Source: Escherichia virus TH26
Sequence record: MT446400.1
Direction: 5' to 3' (one strand)
DNA length: 51,200 bases
The notes under the pieces are model-generated. The model did not search any database and was not told where the DNA came from. It was given only the letters and a program-made list of their open reading frames with translations. Below are positions 1-9,850 of this stretch, piece by piece. The translations under genes and the position numbers were made by a program. The number at the start of each line of letters is the position of its first letter. The stretch's first letter is position 1.

Positions 1-149
1 ATTCGAACAAATTTCGGCTAGATACAGCTGACCGATTGTGAACGAACCCATATCCAGATACAGTTGACCGACCATGTACCATTTGGTTTTGGACTTTACG
101 CATTCCTAATATTACTCTTAATATTGTAGCAATATTGGGAATAAATAAA
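1..149. repeat. Copy of the sequence at 51052-51200 (wrap-around of a circular or terminally redundant genome)
   Basis: Direct comparison: bases 1-149 are identical to 51052-51200, giving a unit length of 51051 bp. Confidence 0.9.
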
Positions 150-252
150 TATTTAATTTACTTGTTTTATTCTAGCTCAAAGAGAAACGACGCTAACGCA
201 TCGAATCTCTTCTCGCATATAACTGACAAACGTCAGCCTTCGCCATACCCAA

Positions 253-1371
253 TCATAATTCAAATCCACCTAGAGCATTGGTATCAACTTCGGAGTCAAT
301 TTGCCCGACCAGATAAGAACTAATCTCCGTTTCCTGTGGAGCAACCTGCACAGCATCCGAATTCAACCATGCGTTAATCCACGGAATCGGATTAGTTGCA
401 CCTTTGAATGGAGCATCCAATCCAACTGCTTGCATACGAATATTCGTGATATATTCCACATATCCGCACAGAATTTGCTTGTTTAAGCCAATCATGGAGC
501 CATCTTTGAACAGATAATCAGCCCAATCTTTCTCTTGTTGAGCAGCATCTTCGAACAATTTCTGGCATTCTTCACGACATTCTTGAGCAATTTCGCCCAT
601 TTCTGGGTCATCTTTTCCGCTCGCCAAAATATTCAACATGTGCTGAGTTCCGGTCAAATGGAGTGCTTCATCTCGCGCAATCAGTCGAATAATCTTGGCA
701 TTTCCTTCCATTAATTTACGTTCTGCGAAGGCAAATGAGCAAGCAAAGCTGACATAGAAGCGAATTGCTTCAAGTGCGTTGATAGACATGAGGCATAAAT
801 AGAGCTTCTTCTTCAACTCACGAAGACTAATTTCATGACCAGCATGATTCCCTTCTCCGAACAACTGCCATAATGCGGTGAGTTCTTGAAGTTCGTCATA
901 ATATTGAGAGATGCCAATTGCTCGTGCTTTGATGTGCTCGTTAGTCACGATTTCATCAAAGATAATGCTCGGGTCTGTAACGATGTTTCGAATAATGTGA
1001 GTGTAAGAACGTGAATGAATAGTCTCAGAGAAAGACCATGTTTCAATCCACGTCTCCAATTCAGGAATGCTCACGATTGGAAGCAAAACTGTGTTGGGCC
1101 CACGTCCCTGGATAGAGTCAAGAAGAATCTGATAACGAAGATTACTCGTGAAAATGTGCTGTTCGTTTGTAGGTAGCTTCTGATAATCGATACGGTCCTG
1201 GGAAACGTCTACCTCTTCCGGTCGCCAGAAGAATGACAATTGTTTCTCAATTAACTTCTCGAATATGTCGTACTTCTGTTGGTCATATCGAGCAACGTTA
1301 ACGTTCTGACCAAAGAACATTGGTTCTAATAATTGGTTATTCTTGGTTTGTGAAAAGGTAGTGTAAGACAT
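253..1371 (-). CDS. nrdB: Ribonucleotide reductase class Ia small (beta) subunit
   Basis: 372 aa; collinear with E. coli NrdB as I recall it ([86 protein letters not shown]-terminal [13 protein letters not shown]). Confidence 0.93.
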   Translation of the reverse strand: MSYTTFSQTKNNQLLEPMFFGQNVNVARYDQQKYDIFEKLIEKQLSFFWRPEEVDVSQDRIDYQKLPTNEQHIFTSNLRYQILLDSIQGRGPNTVLLPIVSIPELETWIETWSFSETIHSRSYTHIIRNIVTDPSIIFDEIVTNEHIKARAIGISQYYDELQELTALWQLFGEGNHAGHEISLRELKKKLYLCLMSINALEAIRFYVSFACSFAFAERKLMEGNAKIIRLIARDEALHLTGTQHMLNILASGKDDPEMGEIAQECREECQKLFEDAAQQEKDWADYLFKDGSMIGLNKQILCGYVEYITNIRMQAVGLDAPFKGATNPIPWINAWLNSDAVQVAPQETEISSYLVGQIDSEVDTNALGGFEL

Positions 1372-1373
1372 TA

Positions 1374-1934
1374 TTATTTATTTCCTAAATACTTATAAAA
1401 TTTGTGTCCACCATAGGTTCCTCTTCCAACAACCCTTTTGAAATTACATTTCTCTGTAGCTGTGCAGAAGTGGGTGGCATCGGTTACATCTGGGGCATCC
1501 AACAATGCGAAGCTAATTGCCACATTCATGGCGTCCCAAACCTGTTTTGATTCAGTCTTCCAATTTGTTTTAACTATGTTCTTCCATTGAGCATTCTTCT
1601 TCTTTGCTTCTCTTGTCCAAGCAAACTGGTTGCGTTGATAAACCACATCGCAAACGGTGTTAGCGAATGGCTTCCCGAATTTGATTCGATTACGGACGAC
1701 ATTAGCTACCAGAATCTTTCCATGCTTGCTTTCTCCACGAGCTTCAAACCAAATTACTTTGGCATAGCATTCTATATCTTTGCGTTGAGAAATAGATAGT
1801 TTCGGATTTCCACTTAAATAGGATTGACTTGCAAATTCTGTAATAGTGGCGTTCACTGCCCCAGCCGAAGCTGGGACATTTGCGTGAAACAGACTCACCA
1901 ACAGAAATGCAAGAACTTGTGCTGAGGGCATCAT
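1374..1934 (-). CDS. Secreted cell-wall hydrolase, SleB/Hydrolase_2-like (candidate Sec- or SAR-type endolysin)
   Basis: 186 aa; N-terminal signal-like segment [24 protein letters not shown]; Hydrolase_2-like core [43 protein letters not shown]; adjacent to a holin-like ORF. Confidence 0.7.
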   Translation of the reverse strand: MMPSAQVLAFLLVSLFHANVPASAGAVNATITEFASQSYLSGNPKLSISQRKDIECYAKVIWFEARGESKHGKILVANVVRNRIKFGKPFANTVCDVVYQRNQFAWTREAKKKNAQWKNIVKTNWKTESKQVWDAMNVAISFALLDAPDVTDATHFCTATEKCNFKRVVGRGTYGGHKFYKYLGNK

Positions 1935-1949
1935 AGTTCCTTGTTTGCA

Positions 1950-2303
1950 TTATTTGGCCTTCTTAAACCAATTGAGTGGGTTGAGTTGTTTGATTGCAGC
2001 AGTGAAGCAATCTCGAATTGTGGTAATGATTAGGTTAGCCCCAATCAAACCAATCACCATTGCAGCGATTGTGGCATAGCGTGGTTCATTTTTGAATATG
2101 TCCACGAAGCCCGGGAGGGAGAAAACGAACGTACCAATGACTACACAAAGTAGGGCATCAAGAATAGCTTTCAGCAAGCCTTCCTTTTCATACGCCCCAC
2201 GAATGAGTGCAGTCAATCCAGCCAGGAGTCCGTGAAGAACCCCATATTGGTGCATAGAATCCCAAATCATTTGGAATGTAAGTCTGTCCATTTGGCGTTC
2301 CAC
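1950..2303 (-). CDS. Putative holin (small protein with 2-3 predicted transmembrane helices)
   Basis: 117 aa; hydrophobic helices (LHGLLAGLTALI, AILDALLCVVIGTFVFSLPGFV, YATIAAMVIGLIGANLIITTI), charged C-terminus, immediately upstream of the hydrolase. Confidence 0.45.
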   Translation of the reverse strand: MERQMDRLTFQMIWDSMHQYGVLHGLLAGLTALIRGAYEKEGLLKAILDALLCVVIGTFVFSLPGFVDIFKNEPRYATIAAMVIGLIGANLIITTIRDCFTAAIKQLNPLNWFKKAK

Positions 2304-2305
2304 TG

Positions 2306-2536
2306 TTAAAACAAAGTCTCATGCTTTGGCATATCTACATAACCAAGTTTGCCATTCACAATGCCAACCTGTTTACCAGAAGGGTTAGTTGCTGAAATAA
2401 ATTTAAGGGCATCTGAAGCAGTTACATCCAAGAAGTTAACTACAGGCCACACATTAGTAGACTCATATGCTTCTTTGAATTCATACGGGTAAAACAACCC
2501 ATTACTAAAACGGTATGTAATCTTTTCCATTATCAA
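2306..2536 (-). CDS. Hypothetical protein (possible tail-fiber assembly chaperone by position)
   Basis: 76 aa ORF directly downstream of a tail-fiber gene; 4-nt overlap typical of coupled genes. Confidence 0.3.
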   Translation of the reverse strand: MIMEKITYRFSNGLFYPYEFKEAYESTNVWPVVNFLDVTASDALKFISATNPSGKQVGIVNGKLGYVDMPKHETLF

Positions 2537-3078
2537 TATCCTATAGCAATCCAGTTACAGTTCTCAGCAGCACCGCTTGGGGCATAGTTCTGGATATATA
2601 TTTGGTTATTTCCGAGAGTAGCACCCATACCAGCATTTGAACCGGGAGCACCACGTGAGCCTGCTGCCCACAATCCTGCATGTGGAAATGCAATATTCAG
2701 GTTGTAGTTTTGTGCAGAATTTGGTGGAGTTGCCACAGTTCCCCACTGAATGATTACAGTTACTGCACCACCAGAAGTTGCAATGATTGGGACTTTCAAC
2801 CAACCATTGGCAGCCATTAGGCCTCCAAAAGCTTCGATTGGTGGGAGATACCCGAACACATTAGAACCAACTTGTCGTGTAGCAGCAGTGCCTAATCCGA
2901 GGTTATTACGAGAAACAGCTTTGTCCAGCAAGTCTGCTAGGTTCTGTCCTCTTTGGAGGGCATTGACAATACGAGCATCATCGCCAGCAGCAAGAGTGTT
3001 TGTAGTGGTGCCAACATTCAAGAAGGCACCATTTTTAAGTGCGGCAACTAAGCCGCCAAATGACCAACCTTTAGCCAT
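2533..3078 (-). CDS. Tail fiber protein (distal/tip segment)
   Basis: 181 aa; Gly/Ala/Thr/Asn-rich beta-type composition typical of fiber tips; last gene of the fiber cluster. Confidence 0.4.
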   Translation of the reverse strand: MAKGWSFGGLVAALKNGAFLNVGTTTNTLAAGDDARIVNALQRGQNLADLLDKAVSRNNLGLGTAATRQVGSNVFGYLPPIEAFGGLMAANGWLKVPIIATSGGAVTVIIQWGTVATPPNSAQNYNLNIAFPHAGLWAAGSRGAPGSNAGMGATLGNNQIYIQNYAPSGAAENCNWIAIGY

Positions 3079-3087
3079 TATCTTTCC

Positions 3088-4479
3088 TTATAAAGTGGAT
3101 ATTTGGTTTGGAAGCATTTTGAAATCCCAAACTCGGAAGTTGCGAACCACATAGTTTCTTGAGGTTGGACGATAGTGAATCTGTGGATATCTTCCAACAC
3201 ACGCAGCCGCAGCATTTTGTGAAGTGTCGGAGGCTACACGAACGCCATCAACATAAATCTCAAGCCCACTGGTTGTGCTGAGGGTTGCAACAATTCGATA
3301 CCAGCGGTTCACCTGACCAGGGAGATTATAGTAAATCCAATCACTGGCGCCAGAGGCATTTCGGTTAAGATTAAGCTGCCCTTTGTTCTGGAGATAGAAA
3401 TTTATATTCTCATTGTTCAGCCCGTTTAAGGAGAAGGACACACCAATAGAGTCATCGCTATCTGGTGCACGAGGTGTGTTGGAGAGAATGTCTACGCATA
3501 TTGTACAATCAGTAAATCCATATCCAGCACCCTCGTACATCACATCCAGATTGTCCTGACCAGCAGTTCGGTACAAAGCCCCACCATAGGCATTATTAAA
3601 ATACAAATTGTCGGGGGCGTTAATTGCACCCTTTCCACAATAAATGTGGAAATCATCAATCAAATGTTGGCAGAAGTTTGGTTCTGGTACAGCATACTTT
3701 GGTTCTTCACGAGCCTTAACTTCTGCAAATGTTGCATCAGTAATGATTCGAGAGTTGGTGTTTGTTGAAGCCTTGCCAACAACTGGAACGCCACTGGCAT
3801 CCAGACCAATACGTGTATCACCAGACTGCATATAGAAGCCAGTAGGGCCGAATGACAACTTGGTGGTCCCACTTGCATCAAACAACATACCTTGCTGGAA
3901 TGTAACAGGTCCGGTATAAGTGCCGCCAATGATAGGTACAGCACCTGCCTGAGCAGCAGTTACTTGATGGGGATTGTTTCGGTCGTCGGCATGACTTGCA
4001 ACAAGGGCATTGTATTGAGCAATCAACGAATCGATTTGTGCTTTGTTGTATGCACCAATCATGTTGGCTGTTAGTCTGTGCGGGTTAGAGGTAACATCTG
4101 CAATGTGTGCAGAAATCTTACCAACAATATCATCGTAGTCATAACGAGATACTTGAATCGCACTTGCAGCCCACTGCCCTAAGTTCTGGCTAGGACGTAG
4201 AGTACGGCTGGGAGAACCAACAGTTGCAACATAGACAGTTTGAGTTGCATCATCCCACACAAGGGAACCAAGTCCGTACTGAACATCGGTTCCCCATTCG
4301 AAGACACCACGTTCAGCTAATGCCAGAAGAGTAGTGTCAACCTTATACTGCAAATAGTTAAGAACCTGGAAGGTTGGGATTTCTGCAATCCACCCTTGAA
4401 GATACTTAGCATCCCCAGGGTCACGCCGTAAGTTGGCGTTGTTCGAAGTCCAGACTCTATTAAGTTTTGGTCTTAACAT
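3088..4479 (-). CDS. Tail fiber protein with C-terminal LamG/concanavalin-like jelly-roll domain
   Basis: 463 aa; NPHQVT-type fiber repeat motif; C-terminal ~150 aa (WIYYNLPGQVNRWYRIVATL...IYVDGVRVAS) resembles a LamG-like lectin domain. Confidence 0.5.
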   Translation of the reverse strand: MLRPKLNRVWTSNNANLRRDPGDAKYLQGWIAEIPTFQVLNYLQYKVDTTLLALAERGVFEWGTDVQYGLGSLVWDDATQTVYVATVGSPSRTLRPSQNLGQWAASAIQVSRYDYDDIVGKISAHIADVTSNPHRLTANMIGAYNKAQIDSLIAQYNALVASHADDRNNPHQVTAAQAGAVPIIGGTYTGPVTFQQGMLFDASGTTKLSFGPTGFYMQSGDTRIGLDASGVPVVGKASTNTNSRIITDATFAEVKAREEPKYAVPEPNFCQHLIDDFHIYCGKGAINAPDNLYFNNAYGGALYRTAGQDNLDVMYEGAGYGFTDCTICVDILSNTPRAPDSDDSIGVSFSLNGLNNENINFYLQNKGQLNLNRNASGASDWIYYNLPGQVNRWYRIVATLSTTSGLEIYVDGVRVASDTSQNAAAACVGRYPQIHYRPTSRNYVVRNFRVWDFKMLPNQISTL

Positions 4480-5678
4480 TATCGTCTCGCAAGCATAGAG
4501 ATTTGGTTAGCAGAAAGTCTTGGATATACGGCAAAGAATCTTAGAGCCATAACAGTCTTATCTGCAAATAAGTTATTATCAATGTAGTCTTTCAAATCAA
4601 GTCCGTCAGGAAAGTTGAAAGAATCCCCATTGGCAGTTCGCATGACCACGTCAACTTCATCGGTAGTAACCACAACAACCACAGTAGTCGGTATGTCCAG
4701 AATCGGACCAAAGAATTTCAGCCCATTGTTGGAGATTTTAAATCCACCATACCAAAACTCTGGGGCAATGGCTGTCTCAACAGTCCACAAACCAACAGAC
4801 TCTGCATCATTAATATCTTCATGGAAGTTGGCACGGAGCATTGGCACAGGAAGTGCAAACTGATTTCCGTACTTAATGTTGAAGCTGTTGTAGTTTGCTT
4901 CTGTGATGATTTCAAAAGCGCCAGCAGAGTTGATAAACCACGCGTGTCCACCACTATCCACACCGATTGCAGTAGTTCCGTTTACCAATTCAAATACACC
5001 AGTCGAATCATTTCGATGTGCATATTGTGAAACACCGCTACCAGCATACGCTTCTTCGATAAAAGCTATTGGCCCTGTGAAAGTTCCACCAGATGTTGGG
5101 AGTGTTCCGAGCTGTTCTGGGGTCACCCTGTGAACAGATGCACCAGTTCTGGAGATGTGGTACGGGATTGTCGTAACTCGTTCGTCACTGGCGAACCTGT
5201 CATACACATAATCTTGAAGGTATGTCCCATCAACAATTGTGTCCACAGTATCTTTGTGGGGGTTCTGTTCTGCCATGTGGGCATTGAACGTATTCTTGAG
5301 ATATTGAACCTTAGTATTATACTGAACAAGGTTAGTTTCAAGAACTTCCTGCCACCCACTTCCAGAAGTTGGGGGACTTATGTTTCCAGGAATCTCTTCC
5401 CGCTTCTGATAAATCTTACCATCAACTAATGCAAAAGCGCCAAGCGAATATGTTACGGTATCACACCATTGCAGTATGCCACCAAGTAACATCTCTCGAA
5501 TCTTGACGTCAGTGATTTGAGTTAAGAAGTTCTGCCATTGCTCGGGAGGCTTTTCAGCTTCCCAACCAACAGTTTCATACCTATCTGGAATATATGATGG
5601 TGCAGTTGTATCCAAGTCGGGGTCAAGTGCTTCGCCATCCTGCGCCCAATACTCTGGGTAATTAAAACGATTTGTCAT
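4479..5678 (-). CDS. Tail fiber / baseplate-attached fiber protein
   Basis: 399 aa; NPH motif (MAEQNPHKDTV), Gly/Thr-rich segments; sits between the baseplate genes and the distal fiber. Confidence 0.45.
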   Translation of the reverse strand: MTNRFNYPEYWAQDGEALDPDLDTTAPSYIPDRYETVGWEAEKPPEQWQNFLTQITDVKIREMLLGGILQWCDTVTYSLGAFALVDGKIYQKREEIPGNISPPTSGSGWQEVLETNLVQYNTKVQYLKNTFNAHMAEQNPHKDTVDTIVDGTYLQDYVYDRFASDERVTTIPYHISRTGASVHRVTPEQLGTLPTSGGTFTGPIAFIEEAYAGSGVSQYAHRNDSTGVFELVNGTTAIGVDSGGHAWFINSAGAFEIITEANYNSFNIKYGNQFALPVPMLRANFHEDINDAESVGLWTVETAIAPEFWYGGFKISNNGLKFFGPILDIPTTVVVVVTTDEVDVVMRTANGDSFNFPDGLDLKDYIDNNLFADKTVMALRFFAVYPRLSANQISMLARR

Positions 5679-6319
5679 CGGTTCTCCGGTGGATAAACTC
5701 TAGAAACATGTGGGAGGTCAATAGCACCACCATTGTCTGCAAGAGTTATGGAGATGCCAACAGGTTTAAAGTCTGGGAGCATATATGCCAACAAGACTTT
5801 CTCAGCAACTGATAACGTGTCATGCACCTGGTAATGGAGAGTTTGGAATCCTTCAACAATCTCAAGATTCAAGCTACGACCAAGAACAAGGTCTATATAA
5901 GTAATCAGTTCTTCGATTGTACAGCTTCCGACAATCTTACGAATACGGGCACGTATCGCATCTTTAAGCTGAGTGTCGGTACGAACAAAGTCACCAGAGT
6001 CCCGGTCACTATCCGACTTCAAGAAACCACCAACGCCAGGATTATTATCATCTCCAGCAGGGAATGCACTTGGGTCAGAATAGAAACCGAAGTACCCAAG
6101 TGGTGCAGCACCATAGATAGTACGGCTGGCACCAATGAGATATGCAATATCATCAACCATGACGCCGAATGAATCAGCAAGGTAGCGATATTTAACAGAC
6201 TCTTCTTGAGCATTTTGAACGAGCTTTAACTCGTCCAAGAAAATCTGGATATATGCCCGTAAGTTTGGAGAATCGCTATACTGCATTAGCAGCATATCTA
6301 AACCAGATTTACCAGCCAT
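5675..6319 (-). CDS. Baseplate protein (P2 gpI / Mu gp48-like by position)
   Basis: 214 aa; follows the Baseplate_J-like gene with a 4-nt overlap. Confidence 0.4.
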   Translation of the reverse strand: MAGKSGLDMLLMQYSDSPNLRAYIQIFLDELKLVQNAQEESVKYRYLADSFGVMVDDIAYLIGASRTIYGAAPLGYFGFYSDPSAFPAGDDNNPGVGGFLKSDSDRDSGDFVRTDTQLKDAIRARIRKIVGSCTIEELITYIDLVLGRSLNLEIVEGFQTLHYQVHDTLSVAEKVLLAYMLPDFKPVGISITLADNGGAIDLPHVSRVYPPENR

Positions 6320-6327
6320 GATTAACC

Positions 6328-7482
6328 TTATGGTGTTTCAGTGAAAATTACAGACGCAGTTGTGGCTTCTGCCTTCTTATCAATGTCCAGTTCGATTGTG
6401 GCAATTCCAGTAGGACTTGCAGAAGTACCAATGAACAATGAGTCAACCTGGACACCGTTGGTGGCATCCATGATAGGTTTGAAACATTCTGACCAGATAA
6501 CAGAATCACCTGGGTTCAGTGAGTTGATATAATCCATCATAGCCGTTTGCAATTGGCGTGCAGCATCGTTGGAGCTAATGTTAGAACCAGGGCGACGCTT
6601 GAATGTACCAGCTACATAAATGGTTGCATCTTCTGGACGGCTGAACTTAACTTCGTGCGGATAACCTTTACTGTCATAAATAGACACAGATGTAGTACCG
6701 TGAGTAGGAACACCACCAGTTTTGGTTGAATAGATTCGACGGGCAATTTCGTCCTCTGTTCCACCCTCTACGACAACAAAGACTGTACCCGAAGGCTGAG
6801 TCCCAATAGGAGCGCCGGTATCATTATCACGAATACGAAGGTAAGATAGATTAAGGTCAGCGAGTGCAGCGTAAATAGCTTCAACAAAGGCCGAACCGCT
6901 GTGCGCAGTAGTCCTGTCACGGCGAGTACGAAGTGCTGGGTCAGATTCATAATCCACACCTGTTTGTCCAATCTCTGGGTTGTTAACTGACTCCCAACCT
7001 GTGACTGGTGTAATGATTTTATTGACAGTGTCGGCAGCAATATAATATTCGCCAGTTTCTGTGGCTACTGCCGTAACAGTTCCTGGAATAATGCAATCAT
7101 ATTGCGTTTCGAAATCCGTTGTTCCATCACTGACAATAGAGCCAGCAGGAACAAGAGTGCCAGCCTGACCAGCACAACGGACACCAACACGAGAAGGCCA
7201 GTTGACCAATCGTTTAGTGAAGGTCAGTTCACAGATGTTGTCCAAACCAATCTTCTGCATTGCACCAGGACGATAGGCATTGAATACCATTTCAGCCTGT
7301 TGCCAGCACTTAGAGATTTCTTCCGAAATGATTCCAATAACCTGACCATCTGGGCCTTCTGGACTAATGTCAAAGTTGGCACCAAATACGCTAAGGAATC
7401 TGCTATTAATGTGCGACACGATTTCTTGAACAGGCTTCTGTACGAACCCGTTTTCAGTCACGCCGTACTGGATTGTTGCCAT
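6328..7482 (-). CDS. Baseplate protein J-like
   Basis: 384 aa; size and position (after the gpW-like gene, before gpI-like and fibers) match a Baseplate_J wedge protein. Confidence 0.55.
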   Translation of the reverse strand: MATIQYGVTENGFVQKPVQEIVSHINSRFLSVFGANFDISPEGPDGQVIGIISEEISKCWQQAEMVFNAYRPGAMQKIGLDNICELTFTKRLVNWPSRVGVRCAGQAGTLVPAGSIVSDGTTDFETQYDCIIPGTVTAVATETGEYYIAADTVNKIITPVTGWESVNNPEIGQTGVDYESDPALRTRRDRTTAHSGSAFVEAIYAALADLNLSYLRIRDNDTGAPIGTQPSGTVFVVVEGGTEDEIARRIYSTKTGGVPTHGTTSVSIYDSKGYPHEVKFSRPEDATIYVAGTFKRRPGSNISSNDAARQLQTAMMDYINSLNPGDSVIWSECFKPIMDATNGVQVDSLFIGTSASPTGIATIELDIDKKAEATTASVIFTETP

Positions 7483-7829
7483 GTTAAGTAATCCTCAAGA
7501 TTCCCATAATCGGAGATAGCAATGAATGAAATTCTTACTTCACGCTCACGGAAATCAGCATCAATGTTTATAGAGATAAGTTGTTGAACACCAGGGGTGC
7601 TTCGAATGACGTTGGCGATAGCCGCCTCAATGTCGGCAGTTCGAACAGTTTTAGTGAAGATTCCTTCAAACCAAGGAAGACCAGTGGTCGGGTCATGTTT
7701 CCATTCTCCGAACACCGTCAGCAATCTGCACTTAACTATTTGAGCAACTTCTTCTACACCACCAACCCTGGTTGCACCACGACCAATAATAATATCGTGG
7801 TTAGAATCTAGTAGTAAGTTTCCAGCCAT
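7458..7829 (-). CDS. Baseplate wedge protein (gpW/gp25-like)
   Basis: 123 aa; small protein between the spike and J-like genes, as in Mu/P2 baseplate modules. Confidence 0.4.
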   Translation of the reverse strand: MAGNLLLDSNHDIIIGRGATRVGGVEEVAQIVKCRLLTVFGEWKHDPTTGLPWFEGIFTKTVRTADIEAAIANVIRSTPGVQQLISINIDADFREREVRISFIAISDYGNLEDYLTWQQSSTA

Positions 7830-8620
7830 TATTTCATCGGCCCTACATCGCCGCCTTCTGGGTTAGTGTGGGTGTGTTCGTTAACCGTAACTCCGTTAAT
7901 GGTGAACGTGCCTTGTTGAACCATGTCGCCTGTGATTGCCATCGTTCCACCACTGCCACCTGACACTGACATTCCACCAAGAACTGTGAGTGATTTGGTA
8001 ACTGTAGTGTCACCATCCAAAAGGATTTGCGGCGAGATAACAGACGCTTTTTCTGTCGCTTCGATTACTATCTCCGAATCTTTCGTGATTGTAATCTTTG
8101 CAGCACCAGTGATAAGTTCTACCTTTCCGTCACCATGAAGAGTCATACGTTGGTCACGACTTGCATTTCGGAGTTCAGCAACTCCGGCATTAAATCCTGG
8201 TATTGCACCTGGAATTGGTTGTGTCCCAATAATGCACACAGCAGAGTTGTGAGAGAACAACTGACTAAATGCTGGGGCAGGTCTTCCACCAACCATTCCA
8301 GCAGAATCTTTATTCTCTGCCAGCCAATGTTCGATTCCACGTTGGGCAAAATGAACATAGCAAGGAGTGCCATCTGGGACTGGATGCGTTAAACTCCAGC
8401 CACCACCCTGAATGAATTGTACGGGAACATTCCTGAGCCGCTTCTTCTTCTCCAGGGTGTAGGCATTGGTGTAGCCTGTGAATAGGTTTTCGATTGCAAG
8501 CTGCACCTCACATGTTTGAGTTACAGCATCGAAGTTATAAATATGGCCTGGGTATCCTGTGTTAACAGTTGCAGACTTTACATCGTTGTTATGACTCGCC
8601 ACGTTCAAGTACACTCGCAT
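7829..8620 (-). CDS. Baseplate central spike (gpV/gp45-like)
   Basis: 263 aa; Gly-rich beta-helix-like C-terminal part ending in the HTH...GGD motif typical of gpV-type spikes (NEHTHTNPEGGDVGPMK). Confidence 0.5.
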   Translation of the reverse strand: MRVYLNVASHNNDVKSATVNTGYPGHIYNFDAVTQTCEVQLAIENLFTGYTNAYTLEKKKRLRNVPVQFIQGGGWSLTHPVPDGTPCYVHFAQRGIEHWLAENKDSAGMVGGRPAPAFSQLFSHNSAVCIIGTQPIPGAIPGFNAGVAELRNASRDQRMTLHGDGKVELITGAAKITITKDSEIVIEATEKASVISPQILLDGDTTVTKSLTVLGGMSVSGGSGGTMAITGDMVQQGTFTINGVTVNEHTHTNPEGGDVGPMK

Positions 8621-8951
8621 CTACGATGAAGAGAAACATTTGTCGCCAAGTGTAAATCTCTTCTCCTGGGCTTACAGTATTCGTAACGTACATGTTCGGC
8701 AGCGGTGTACTGTATTGTTTAAGAATATCAATACCACCACGAATAGGGATTCCATAAACCTTTTCGGATGAACCCCAAGCAAGGTCAAACATGTAACAGT
8801 TCAAATACTCGTTTAAATACAATGCAGACATTTTGACTGTGATGCCACGGAATTCAAAAGATACATCCTTTGAAATATCGTATGGAACAGTCTTCACATA
8901 TCCTGGTGGGAGTAGTGATAATATTTCTTGCAGTGCTTGTTGTTCTGTCAT
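8589..8951 (-). CDS. Hypothetical tail/baseplate protein
   Basis: 120 aa ORF inside the baseplate cluster; no motif recognised. Confidence 0.3.
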   Translation of the reverse strand: MTEQQALQEILSLLPPGYVKTVPYDISKDVSFEFRGITVKMSALYLNEYLNCYMFDLAWGSSEKVYGIPIRGGIDILKQYSTPLPNMYVTNTVSPGEEIYTWRQMFLFIVDASVLERGES

Positions 8952-9850
8952 TTGAACAGCCTTCCTTTAACCGAGGACAGTGGGGATTCAAGTTTGGCAA
9001 GTTTATCTTTCAACGTACCAAGCTGACTCACTGCCGTAGCACCAACTGCCCCCAGACCTGGGAGAGTTATGCCAGCACCACCGAGAGCACCTATTCCAGC
9101 ACTTTGAGCAATCTTCCCAAACTCTGAATAGTCTGTCATGGACTGTATTGCTTTACGGGCTTCGATTGCCAGAACATCTTCACCTATAACTTGCAGCTCT
9201 TCCAGCGTAATTTCAACAGCCAGGATTGCAGAAGTCATCTTGTCAGTCTTGGTTCGAATGCCTGTTACTACGCAATTCAAATAAGGCCCAATGATGGTGG
9301 AGATGTATAGTTTGGTTCCGGTAGAACGGAAGTTGTTGAACAAATCATAGGTGGACTGGATTCGGTTGCTTGTTTCAAATGCAGAGGCAACAGCGCCAGC
9401 AGCAGCACCAATGATTGGGATGATTGGGTTGTTAAAGATTGCACCAGTGGCAACAGATAAACCCTGAACAGAAGCAGTCCACATTGCAGCGTTCTGCATG
9501 TTTGTTGCAACAGCAGTTAGTTTTAAGATTCGGTTTTGTTTGATAATGTGGTCACTGACCATGAAGCCAGAACTTACAGGGAACTTGGTAACGACCGACT
9601 GAGCATCGTGCTCTTCACTAACAATTGCATCGAACTTAAAAGAGTTGAAACTCTCTGGGGCCGAAGATGTAACAAGAGGTTCCATTGTCTTGGCAATGCC
9701 ACCAAAGGCTTTACCAAACAATCCTTCATCTTCTTTCTGTACCGATGGGCCATTTGACCACATGATTATAGATGGGTTATGCCCATAGCTAAATGCTTTT
9801 GACAGGGATGACAATCCATCCCCGATAAGACTTGTATCAATTAATGCCAT
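8948..9850 (-). CDS. Tail/baseplate hub-like protein with glycine-zipper hydrophobic segments
   Basis: About 300 aa if translation starts at the internal Met that overlaps the upstream stop (ATGA); contains IIPIIGAAAGAVASAF and GIGALGGAGITLPGLGAVGATAV. Confidence 0.35.
   Translation of the reverse strand: MALIDTSLIGDGLSSLSKAFSYGHNPSIIMWSNGPSVQKEDEGLFGKAFGGIAKTMEPLVTSSAPESFNSFKFDAIVSEEHDAQSVVTKFPVSSGFMVSDHIIKQNRILKLTAVATNMQNAAMWTASVQGLSVATGAIFNNPIIPIIGAAAGAVASAFETSNRIQSTYDLFNNFRSTGTKLYISTIIGPYLNCVVTGIRTKTDKMTSAILAVEITLEELQVIGEDVLAIEARKAIQSMTDYSEFGKIAQSAGIGALGGAGITLPGLGAVGATAVSQLGTLKDKLAKLESPLSSVKGRLFK

Noticed and set aside
135-323. 62-aa plus-strand ORF at the window start
   Set aside because: Overlaps the nrdB 3' end on the opposite strand and the AT-rich non-coding region; no support.
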